Shown: piece after piece, positions 19,369 to 28,157 of the stretch
Layout: each line of letters opens with the position of its first letter
How positions within the stretch are numbered: the first letter of the stretch is position 1
Assembly (NCBI GenBank): GCA_000092065.1
Contig: CP000586.1
Origin: Ostreococcus lucimarinus
Taxonomy: Eukaryota
DNA length: 64,000 bases
Reading direction: 5' to 3' (one strand)
Notes under the pieces: generated by a model
What the model saw: only the letters and a program-made list of their open reading frames with translations
What the model was told of the DNA's origin: nothing
Databases searched by the model: none
Made by a program: the position numbers and the translations under genes

Positions 19369-20892
19369 ATGGGCGCCGCGGCGAGCGACGGGCGCGACGG
19401 CGCCGATCGCGCCGCGGCGACGTCGAGCGAGCACACGGTCGGGCGCGAGGCGATGCGGCGCGCGAGCGCGGCGTCGATGCGCGTGCGCGCGGTCGACGGC
19501 GCGGCGGCGATGCCGCTCGAAGACGCGGCGCTCGCGGAGGCGCTGCGACGCGCGACGCGCGACGACGGGCGCGGACGGCCGCTCGACGACGCGTTCTTGC
19601 GTCCGGTCGCGCGTGCGCCGGCGACGGAGGAGACGGCGGACGACGAGGCGCTGGCGCGCGCGCTGCAGGCGGAGGAGCTGGCGAACGCGCGCGAGACGGC
19701 GCGAGGGACGGATGTCGACGGCGGCGCGCGCGCGCGCGCGACGTCCGCGCCCGCGACGGGCGCGTCGACGAGTGACGCGTGCGTCGGGTGCGGGGGCGCG
19801 CTCGGCGCGCTCGAGCGCGTGACGAGCGTGAGAGCGTTGGGCGGATGTTGGCACGCGCGATGTTTTCGCTGCGACGATTGCGGAGAGCAGCTTCGGGGCG
19901 TGTTCGGCGGCGGGGGGGAGTACGTCGTGACCGGTAAACCGGGCGAGGATCGTAGGTTATTTCACGCGAGGTGCTATCGGGAAAGACACCGGCCGACGTG
20001 TTGCGTGTGCGCGGCGTGTATTCCGTCTCGCGACGGGTACATACATTTCGAGACGACGCCGTACTGGGGCGAGATTTCGTGCGTAGAGCACGCCACGGAC
20101 GGAACGAATCGGTGCGATGGATGTAGGCGGTATGAAAAGCGCGGCGGTGAGGAGTACATCGCCGCACCCGATGGCAGAACGCTGTGTTTAGAGTGCGTGC
20201 AAACCGTCGTCATCGACACCAAGGACGCCGAACCGTTGTATCGCGATATCCTCGACTTTTTCGGAACGTATGGCTTGAGCGCGCTCGGTACCGGCGGGGA
20301 ATTGCCGCCACTATATCTTTGCACGCAGGACGTCATCAATCACGTCGACGAGGAAGAAAAATGGCACCAAGGTCGCACCTCGCAGGTACGCGGTATGTGC
20401 GTGTCGCACGTCGAAACGATATCCACCGTCTACCGACAACCGACTTGGAAACCATCCAACGCGGGATCAGTGTTCGACGTCTTCGGTCAGCTTGACATGG
20501 TCGAACACCGCATCCCTCGATCGACGACGCAAAAAGTCACCGCCATCATCGTCCTGTCCTGTCTTCCTCGCGTGCTCTTCTCTTCGATTCTGGCGCACGA
20601 GTGCATGCACATGTACCTCCGTTTGAACGGATTTCCCACCCTCGAACCGATCGTTGAAGAGGGTTTGTGTCAGCTGTTCGCCTTGCTTTGGATCGAGCGT
20701 CAAATGGCGTCCCAAAACGCCACCGCATCCGACGCCGCGCTCGCCGCCTATTGCTGCGAAGCCATTCGAGAAGATCCGAGCGAGATTTACGGCGTCGGCG
20801 CTCGCCTCGCCATCGACGCCTACGACGCCCACGGCCTCGTCCGCGTCCTCGATTCCGTCAGACGCACGCGTAACTTCCCCATTTCTTCGTAA
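19369..20892 (+). CDS. DA1-like protein: two UIM motifs, LIM zinc-finger domain, and DA1-type zinc metallopeptidase domain (HEMMH).
   Basis: UIM-like [12 protein letters not shown] and [15 protein letters not shown] Cys/His pattern (CVGCGGAL...[13 protein letters not shown]...). C-terminal peptidase with AHECMHMYL (HExxH) and downstream EEGLCQLFA, as in Arabidopsis DA1/DAR. Confidence 0.75.
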   Translation: MGAAASDGRDGADRAAATSSEHTVGREAMRRASAASMRVRAVDGAAAMPLEDAALAEALRRATRDDGRGRPLDDAFLRPVARAPATEETADDEALARALQAEELANARETARGTDVDGGARARATSAPATGASTSDACVGCGGALGALERVTSVRALGGCWHARCFRCDDCGEQLRGVFGGGGEYVVTGKPGEDRRLFHARCYRERHRPTCCVCAACIPSRDGYIHFETTPYWGEISCVEHATDGTNRCDGCRRYEKRGGEEYIAAPDGRTLCLECVQTVVIDTKDAEPLYRDILDFFGTYGLSALGTGGELPPLYLCTQDVINHVDEEEKWHQGRTSQVRGMCVSHVETISTVYRQPTWKPSNAGSVFDVFGQLDMVEHRIPRSTTQKVTAIIVLSCLPRVLFSSILAHECMHMYLRLNGFPTLEPIVEEGLCQLFALLWIERQMASQNATASDAALAAYCCEAIREDPSEIYGVGARLAIDAYDAHGLVRVLDSVRRTRNFPISS

Positions 20893-21049
20893 TAGCCACA
20901 CCCGATCGCGTCGCAGCCGCTCCCGTCTCTTCGCCGTCGATTTCGCGCGTTCGCCGTCGTCGCTCGGCGTCCCAAGACCTGAGCTCGACCTCGATGGATC
21001 CGCGCCCGCACATTCGCGCGCGTCGTCGCGCGTCCGCGTTCGCGCCGCG

Positions 21050-22775
21050 ATGGACGCCTCCGCGAGCGCGATCAACGACCAGATGGCCGCCGTCTCCCTC
21101 GCGCCCGCGTTCGCGCGCGCCGAGCCGCTCAAGGGCGCCGCCGTGCTCTACGCCAAAGACCTCGACGGAAGCGACGGCGCGCGCCTCCTCGCCAAGCTCT
21201 GCGGCGTCGGCGTGACGACGCAGATGTTTAAAAAGTACACCGGCGCGTGTAAAACCTCGCCCGTGCTCGTCGCGGCGAGCGGGGAGACGGTGGAGGGGGC
21301 GACGGAGATTCTGGAGTGGACGCTCGGCAAGGCGAAGGCGGGCAACGCGAGCGTGACGCACCCGGAGGCGTGCGATGCGAACGAAATCGATCGATGGGTG
21401 ACGTTCGAACGCGATGTGATGCGAACGCCGATGCTGACGGCGGTCGGGATGCTGTCTGGGACGATCGCGATGGATGAGGGGGCGTTCGAGGCGGCGAGAG
21501 CGGCGCTCGCGGACGCGGCGAGCGAGACGAACGCTCGATTGGGACGATCGAGGTTTTTGGCGGGAGATGCGCCGTCGGCGGCGGATATCGTCGTCGCGGC
21601 GGCGTTGTTCCCGGCGTTCGCGAAGGCGCTGGATCCGGCGGCGCGGGATGCGTTGCCGAACGTGATGCGGTTTATGGAAGAAATGGCGGCGCACGAGGAT
21701 GTGAAAGCCGTCATGGGGAAGCTTCGGATGTGCGATATGATTCGCATGCCCAAGGCAAAAGCCGCGAAAGCACCGAAGGAGAAGAAGGCGGACGATCCGA
21801 ACAAGTCGGCGCCCGGGGCTGGGAAAGCTGAGAAGAAGAAGGAGACGGGTCTCGGTTTATCCACCAAGCGCGACGAGGATTTCGGCGCGTGGTATTCGCA
21901 AGTGGTCGTCGCGGGAGATCTCATCGATTATTACGATATTTCTGGTTGCTACATCTTGAAGCCGTGGGCGTACGCGCAATGGGAGTACTTGAAAGAATTC
22001 TTCGATCGCGAGATCAAAGAGCTCGAGGTGGAAAACTGCTACTTCCCCATGTTCGTCTCGGCGAGCCGATTAGAAGCGGAGAAGGACCACATCGAAGACT
22101 TCGCCCCGGAAGTTGCGTGGGTTACTCGAAGCGGAAACACCGATCTCGAGGTCCCGATCGCGGTTCGCCCGACATCAGAGACGGTGATGTACCCGCATTA
22201 CGCGCAATGGATTCGTTCGCACAGAGACTTGCCTTTGCGATTAAACCAGTGGTGCAACGTCGTGCGCTGGGAATTTAAGCATCCAACTCCGTTCATTCGT
22301 TCGCGCGAGTTCTTGTGGCAAGAGGGACACACCGCTTACAGTAGCAAAGCGGAATGCGACGTCGAGGTGCGTCAAATCTTGGAGCTCTACCGTCGAGTGT
22401 ATGAAGAATATCTGGCCGTGCCCGTCGTTCCGGGTAAGAAATCTGAAAAGGAAAAGTTTGCCGGTGGAGATTACACTACTACGGTCGAAGCGTACGTGCC
22501 GGGATCTGGTAGAGGCGTGCAGGGTGCGACGTCACACTGCTTGGGCCAAAACTTCGCGAAAATGTTCAACATCGAGTACGAAGACGCGAAGGGTGGGCGC
22601 TCTTTGGTGTGGCAAAACTCGTGGGGCTTCACCACGAGAACGCTTGGTGTCATGTACATGGTGCACGGCGATGACGACGGCCTCGTGCTGCCGCCAAAGG
22701 TCGCGCCGGTGCAGGCGATCGTCATTCCAATCCCTAATAGTAAGCTTTCGGACGAGGCCAAGCAGAAGATGGACG
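21050..22775 (+). CDS. Prolyl-tRNA synthetase (eukaryotic/archaeal class IIa type), exon 1. N-terminal GST-like domain followed by catalytic and anticodon-binding domains.
   Basis: Class II catalytic core ([17 protein letters not shown]..., [26 protein letters not shown]) and anticodon-binding region ([29 protein letters not shown]) closely match human EPRS ProRS by recall. Exon ends one nucleotide into a codon, before GTACGT at 22776. Confidence 0.8.
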
Positions 22776-23040
22776 GTACGTTTTATTTCACTCGCGCAAT
22801 CGCGTTTCCGACAGTTTTTCTCGCAACGACTTTCTTACCTGCGAAGTGCTCGATTTCGATGAGCATAATCGCCATTTAAAGGGTCGGATAAAAAATGCCA
22901 AGACGCCTTTACCAATATCTGGTCGAAACCTTCGGGTCATGGCTTAGTTATAATGGCTTGGGGTCTAAATTCCTTTGCTTCACGCGGAGGCGCGATGAGT
23001 TCACTCTCGGCGTACTAACCTCGTACTTTTCGCTCTATAG
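22776..23040 (+). other. Spliceosomal intron (265 nt) of the ProRS gene. 5' GTACGT, branch point TACTAAC at ~23012-23018, 3' ...CTATAG. Lower GC than flanking exons.
   Basis: The exon 1 reading frame hits a stop shortly after GTACGT. Joining 22775 to 23041 restores the frame and gives KQKMDG-EIATGMCKSLKAAGVRSKLDNRDNYTPGW, which is colinear and same-length with human EPRS [38 protein letters not shown]. Confidence 0.8.
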
Positions 23041-23585
23041 AAATCGCGACTGGCATGTGCAAGTCGCTCAAGGCCGCTGGCGTGCGATCCAAGCTCGATA
23101 ACCGCGACAACTACACGCCAGGTTGGAAGTATAACCACTGGGAACTGAAGGGGGTGCCGATGCGCGTCGAATTCGGCGCGCGCGACTTAGAAACTGGCAC
23201 GTGCGTGATCGCCAGACGTGACACTCGCGAGAAGGAAACGGTCAAAATCGAAGATTTGACTAAGCGATGCTCCGAGTTGTGCGAACAAATCCAAAAGGAC
23301 ATGTTCGAGCGCGCTAGGAAGATTCGCGACGAAAACATCGTCTCTCTCACGTCTTGGGACGGCTTCATCGAAGCCTTGGACGCCAAGAAGCTCATCATGA
23401 CACCGTGGTGCAACACCAAGGACAGCGAAGAGCTCGTCAAGAAGAAGTCTACCGCCGAGTCCACGGGCGGTGCGGCGAAAACGCTGTGTATCCCGTTCGA
23501 GCAACCCGCGCTCGAAGCCGGCACCAAGTGCTTCATCACGGGCGAACCCGCCACATGCTGGGTTCTCTGGGGCCGATCCTACTAG
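23041..23585 (+). CDS. Prolyl-tRNA synthetase, exon 2 (C-terminal ProRS-C zinc-binding domain ending ...WGRSY).
   Basis: DNRDNYTPGWKYNHWELKGVPMRVEFGARDL ... CIPFEQPALEAGTKCFITGEPATCWVLWGRSY matches the conserved eukaryotic ProRS C-terminus (human ...KCVCGKNPAKYYTLFGRSY). Confidence 0.8.
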
Positions 23586-23677
23586 ATAATCGCCGCGCGA
23601 GTGCGCGCGGGCGTGTGCGCGCGTAGGTGCGTGATGTGATACTACGCATGATATTCATACTTCATACTATCTAATCT

Positions 23678-24754
23678 CTAACGCCCGCGATGCGCGATCG
23701 GTGGTCCGTTATCGGTATAATCGCTCTTCGAAATGTACTGGTTCGAAGCGAAGATGGTTTTCGCCGCCATCGCGGCGCCCGTCCAAGGCGCGTGCGACCA
23801 CGTGGTTTCTGGCATGTACTCCGGAATGTTTACCATCGTTGGCGTCAACGAGGGCGGCAAACTCGACGTGAGCTCGTGAAACAAGCGAGCATCAAGCCCA
23901 GAGACTTTGCTGGCCACGCCGTGCACGAAGACGCTGTCCAACACGAACCGTCTCAATTCTGACGAGCACTTTTGCACGCACTCGCACACGTCGTCCACGA
24001 TCGGCATCACCGCCTCTCCACACTCGTACAATTCGTTCGTCAGCTTTAGCGCGCTTCCATCCGGCATGGCGAATGTCTCTTGCTCGCACTCCACGGTGGC
24101 GCACCCTCGCGCCAACGCCTCGTACTCCTCCCGCGTCGCCGCACATTTCCCCAACTTCCGACGAATATCACTCGCCGTCGTCAAATCTAACGCAATCCCT
24201 TGTTTCTTCCTCACCGCCTGCACCAGCGCGCGATCCATCGCTCGTCCTCCCGCGTCGTCGTTCCGCCTCGTCGTCGAGTGCGCCGTCGCCCCCTCCACCA
24301 CGCACGCGCACTCCACCCCTTGCTCTCCCACATCGATCGCCACTCCGCTCGCGCGTCCACACGCATACATCGCGCACACCGCCTTATCTAAAAACGCCAA
24401 CCCTCCGACGTTGAACTCTTCAAAGAACATCCTCGCCGTTCGCTCGCGCGTCCTGTTCGACGTCCCGCTCGCCTCGCACGCCACCACCATCCCCTCGCTC
24501 CCTCGCTCCCATCCCAGGTCGCCGTACGTCATCGCGCGCACGACGCACTCGTACGCGTCCACGTCTTCGACGCGCGACCGCGCGATCGCGTCGAACGCGC
24601 CGTCGTCGCTTCCGTTCCCGCGTCCAGCGCTTTTCGCGCGCACTCGACCGCGTCGCGTCGCGCTCGGCGCGCGCGCGACGCCGTCCAGCGCGTACCCGCC
24701 CCGCAGATCGCCGTCCACGACGTCCAGCACCGTCACCGGCGCGTCGCTCGCCAT
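23678..24754 (-). CDS. Actin-related protein (divergent ARP, actin fold).
   Basis: Actin-fold signatures: VLDVVDGDLRGGYA (phosphate-1-like), MFFEEFNVGGLAFLDKAVCAMYACGRASGVAIDVGEQGVE (compare actin [37 protein letters not shown]), and C-terminal ...WTGAAMAAKTIFASNQYISKSDYTDNGPPIAHR (compare [33 protein letters not shown]). Start set at MASDAP (24754). Confidence 0.65.
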   Translation of the reverse strand: MASDAPVTVLDVVDGDLRGGYALDGVARAPSATRRGRVRAKSAGRGNGSDDGAFDAIARSRVEDVDAYECVVRAMTYGDLGWERGSEGMVVACEASGTSNRTRERTARMFFEEFNVGGLAFLDKAVCAMYACGRASGVAIDVGEQGVECACVVEGATAHSTTRRNDDAGGRAMDRALVQAVRKKQGIALDLTTASDIRRKLGKCAATREEYEALARGCATVECEQETFAMPDGSALKLTNELYECGEAVMPIVDDVCECVQKCSSELRRFVLDSVFVHGVASKVSGLDARLFHELTSSLPPSLTPTMVNIPEYMPETTWSHAPWTGAAMAAKTIFASNQYISKSDYTDNGPPIAHRGR

Positions 24755-24839
24755 CGCGCGTCGTCGTCTGTCGCGCGTCGCCGTCTGTCGCGCGTCCGCG
24801 ACGGGCGACGGGCGACGCGCGGCGCCACACGCCGTCGCC

Positions 24840-26042
24840 ATGCGCGGCGCGTGCGCCAAGTGCGTCGCGCGGTGCGCGGCGCCGATGTTCGCGCGACGGG
24901 CGCCGTGCGTCGCGCCGCTCGCGTCGGCGCGCGGCGCGCGAACGTCGGCGCCGCGCGTTCAAAGTTTGAATCATCAGCGACACCATCAACGACGCGCGAA
25001 AGCGACGACGACGACGACGAACCGACGCGCGATGACGGCGGTGGCGTCCTCGATCGACGGCCGCGCGGACGCGGCGTCGACGTCGGCGACGTCGATCGCG
25101 AAGGATGCGGATGAACCGCATCTCATCCTCGTCGACGGGTTGAGCTTTGTGTTTCGAGCGTACTACGGTTGGAACGCGCGCGGAAGCGGCGAAGGACTGA
25201 CGAACTCGGCTGGAGAGGATACGTCGGTGTTGTACTCGTACGCGCACACGATATGCTCGCTGTTGGAGCTGAAACCGACGCACTTGGCGGTGTGCATGGA
25301 TGCGAAAGGAAAGACGTTTCGACACGAAATGTTCGTCGAGTACAAGGCGAATCGACCGCCGACGCCGGAGCCGTTATTGGAGCTCATACCGAAGGTCGAG
25401 CAGCTCGTGCGGGACATGGGGGTGCCGTTATTGAGGTTGAGTGGGGTTGAGGCGGACGATATCATCGGTACGGTGAGCAGACGCGCCAGTGATGCGGGCT
25501 TTCGAGTGAGCATTTGCTCGCCGGACAAAGACTTTTATCAGTTGCTCGGGCCGAAGACGAAGATGTTGAAGCCGAGCAAGAGCAGCAAGGGCGATCCGTT
25601 TGATCCGTTCACGGTTGATGATTTCCGAGCGATGCACAACAACGTCATCGAACCCGAGCAATTCATTGATTTTTTGGCCCTCGTCGGGGACAGCGCCGAT
25701 AACATTCCGGGCGTCGAGGGCGTCGGCCCGAAGACGGCGTTGGCGTTGCTCGAACAGTACGGCGACATCGAAAGCGCGCTCGCCAACGCGGCGAACGTCA
25801 AGGGCAAACGCGCGCGCGAGAGTTTATTGAGCGAAAAGGGTGCGGCGAGCGCGGCGCTCTCCAGACGTCTCGTGGAGATTCGTCAAAATTTAACCGTGCC
25901 GTCGCTCAACGAGCCGCTGCTCCCGCTCGACAGCCTTCGCGTGCGCCCGCCCGCTGACGGCGGCGCCGCCGCGACACGCGCTTTCGAGCGCTACGAATTA
26001 GACACCGCCTTCGAACGATGGCGTCGGCTCGCGCTCAGCTAA
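24840..26042 (+). CDS. 5'-3' exonuclease family protein (DNA pol I N-terminal-like, with H3TH), probably organelle-targeted.
   Basis: ILVDGLSFVFRAYYG, VCMDAKGKTFRHEMFVEYKANR, SGVEADDIIGT and H3TH GVEGVGPKTALALLEQYGDIESA are hallmarks of the 5'-3' exonuclease/FEN-like family. The Arg/Ala-rich N-terminus resembles a transit peptide. Start at ATG 24840; the upstream part of ORF 23907-26042 is antisense to the ARP gene. Confidence 0.75.
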   Translation: MRGACAKCVARCAAPMFARRAPCVAPLASARGARTSAPRVQSLNHQRHHQRRAKATTTTTNRRAMTAVASSIDGRADAASTSATSIAKDADEPHLILVDGLSFVFRAYYGWNARGSGEGLTNSAGEDTSVLYSYAHTICSLLELKPTHLAVCMDAKGKTFRHEMFVEYKANRPPTPEPLLELIPKVEQLVRDMGVPLLRLSGVEADDIIGTVSRRASDAGFRVSICSPDKDFYQLLGPKTKMLKPSKSSKGDPFDPFTVDDFRAMHNNVIEPEQFIDFLALVGDSADNIPGVEGVGPKTALALLEQYGDIESALANAANVKGKRARESLLSEKGAASAALSRRLVEIRQNLTVPSLNEPLLPLDSLRVRPPADGGAAATRAFERYELDTAFERWRRLALS

Positions 26043-26251
26043 TCGCGCGCGGCGGCCTCGTCATGTAATATTTCTACGCTCGTTGTTTAAGCACCCGTCG
26101 CGCGATTTGGGCTCCAACACCCTCTTCAATTTGGGCACCGCGAAACCGCACACACGCGCGCGCACGGCGATCGACGCGCGCGAGTCTCGACGAGACAAGA
26201 AAGAAACCAAGTCTCGAACGCACCGCTCGTCGCGCGTCGACGCGTCGACGC

Positions 26252-28111
26252 GTGGGTGTCGGCGGTCGCCGCGCGATCATGTCGGACGGCGAGCGCGCCG
26301 GATTGTTGGCGGACGCCGAGACCCCGCAGACGACGAAACACAACTCGCGATGGATCGCGAAGCGATGGCGCGTCTTCGCCGCGCTCGGCGCGGGGGCGTG
26401 CTTGCTCGCGATGGGCGTGGCCACGCGCGCGGCGCGCTCGAACGAAGCCGCGCTCGGCGCGAACGAAGACCAAGTGAAGCGCGAGACGATCGACGCGCGG
26501 CTCAAGTCGGTGTTTGGGATATCGTTAGAAGATTTCGCCGCGCTCGTGAGGGATGAGAACGATGTGCAGATTGCGGGGAAGGAGTTGTACGAGAAGAAGA
26601 AGCAGTATAAGAGGCTGCAGCAGATGGAGCGGGCGTGGGAAAAGACGGAGGCGGCGGCGTTGACGAAGGCGCGGGAGGAAAGAGAGCTCGATGCGGCGTC
26701 TGCGCCGCTGTCGACGCCACAAAGCGATTTGATCAGCGATAGTGAGCCAGTGGAGGCACTCGTAGAGAGTGAAACGCCTGTGGAGTTGGAATCAAGCAAC
26801 AAAACCGCTGACGCCGTTGGCGAGAGGGAGGCGCCAGCAGAAGAGTCGAGCGACGGAGCCGCGGATTCTATCGCCGTACTGAAGCACACGCTCGAAGTGC
26901 CGGTAAAGGTGCTCGCGAGAGAGGATAAGCGACATGCTCGGCGGAAGTTGCGCAGGGGTGTCGAGGCGCAACTGGGCGCCATCGAAGAGTACGACGACAA
27001 CGAGGAAATCGCCGAAGAATCGTCGGCGATTTTGCCCGTGTATTTCCATACGGAGAAGAGCGGTGGAACATCACTCGTGTTGCACACGCTAGAGCTCGTG
27101 AATTCGGACAACGATGACGTGCTCGGTTTGATCAATCGTGTGCGCAGCGAAGACGTCATGCTTGACAAAGATCTGCGTGCGAAACATGCGTTGTGCCCGG
27201 GGAGCGCTATGTTTTTGACGACGGTGTGGAAGGCTGGGACGGTTTGGGAACCGGGACATCCGCGTCCGCTCGAGGATTCGACGCGGGAGAATTGGGAAAA
27301 ATGTCGATTGTTGTCGAGTCATACCGGTCGAGAACTCTTGCGCCGAACAACAGAACTTGAAGCGGAACTCGGACTATCACGTCCAAAGATTCTCATGGGC
27401 ATGTTCCGCGACCCCGCGGAGTATGAACAAGCAGCATGGCGAAGCGAGCTGTTCATGTATCACGATCTTCGCGCCAAACTTGGCTGGGGAAAGCTCGCGC
27501 AAACCCCACTCGGATCCGCGCTCACTCAGGAAGAGCTGAAGGACTTCGGAGCCGACAGCAAGTTCGCCAAAATCATGCTCGAGGATCACTGCAAAGCCGG
27601 CTTGGATAAGAACTTCCAAACGAAGAAGTTACTCGAGGATAAGTGGACGTCCATGAAGGACAACCACGACGCCATCATGGCGCTTGCGAAAGAGCGAGTG
27701 ATGGAGCTTGATTGGGTCGGTTTGACGCATCGCTTCGACGAAAGCGCGTGCGTGCTCGCGTATACTTTGCGAAGACAGCCGCTATCGACGAGTGATAGCA
27801 ACTACGACAGAGGAAGTTTGTTGCCGGCGACGCTCAGGGCCAACCACCCGCACAGCGGCGATCATAGTGAAGGAGCCATGGATCCAGGGCTGAAAGCGAA
27901 GCTGTACGAGTGCAACGACTTAGATGCCGCGGTTTTCAAGCTCGCAGAGACCCGCTTTGAGGCAAAGAAAACCGAGATGATGGAAACCTTACAACGGGCA
28001 ATATCGGCGAGCGAACAGCTGAGGCCGATTCGCGGCGGCGGCGAGCACCAGATGTTGGATCCGAAACCGTACATCGATTGCATGCATCAAGCTGGGATGG
28101 GAGCAGCGTGA
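26252..28111 (+). CDS. Type II membrane protein with carbohydrate sulfotransferase-like domain (Sulfotransfer_2/HS 2-O/6-O-ST-like).
   Basis: N-terminal signal anchor (WRVFAALGAGACLLAMGVA). ILPVYFHTEKSGGTSL resembles the 5'-PSB motif (hIPKTGGTs) of Golgi sulfotransferases. Coiled-coil stem region. 619 aa. Confidence 0.45.
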   Translation: MGVGGRRAIMSDGERAGLLADAETPQTTKHNSRWIAKRWRVFAALGAGACLLAMGVATRAARSNEAALGANEDQVKRETIDARLKSVFGISLEDFAALVRDENDVQIAGKELYEKKKQYKRLQQMERAWEKTEAAALTKAREERELDAASAPLSTPQSDLISDSEPVEALVESETPVELESSNKTADAVGEREAPAEESSDGAADSIAVLKHTLEVPVKVLAREDKRHARRKLRRGVEAQLGAIEEYDDNEEIAEESSAILPVYFHTEKSGGTSLVLHTLELVNSDNDDVLGLINRVRSEDVMLDKDLRAKHALCPGSAMFLTTVWKAGTVWEPGHPRPLEDSTRENWEKCRLLSSHTGRELLRRTTELEAELGLSRPKILMGMFRDPAEYEQAAWRSELFMYHDLRAKLGWGKLAQTPLGSALTQEELKDFGADSKFAKIMLEDHCKAGLDKNFQTKKLLEDKWTSMKDNHDAIMALAKERVMELDWVGLTHRFDESACVLAYTLRRQPLSTSDSNYDRGSLLPATLRANHPHSGDHSEGAMDPGLKAKLYECNDLDAAVFKLAETRFEAKKTEMMETLQRAISASEQLRPIRGGGEHQMLDPKPYIDCMHQAGMGAA

Positions 28112-28157
28112 TAATAGACTAGCAAGTGTAATCAACGGGCTAAAATCTAAATAGCTA

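Noticed and set aside
18855-19854. ORFs 18855-19436 (-), 19018-19854 (-) and 19191-19775 (+), and the upstream 280 codons of 18815-20167.
   Set aside because: Arg/Ala low-complexity; antisense to the DA1-like coding frame, whose UIM/LIM/peptidase motifs are unambiguous.
20858-21924. Minus-strand ORFs 20858-21694 and 21148-21924.
   Set aside because: Antisense to the ProRS exon 1 frame, which shows strong class II synthetase homology.
26074-27168. 364-aa minus-strand ORF.
   Set aside because: Ser-rich antisense translation of the sulfotransferase-like gene.
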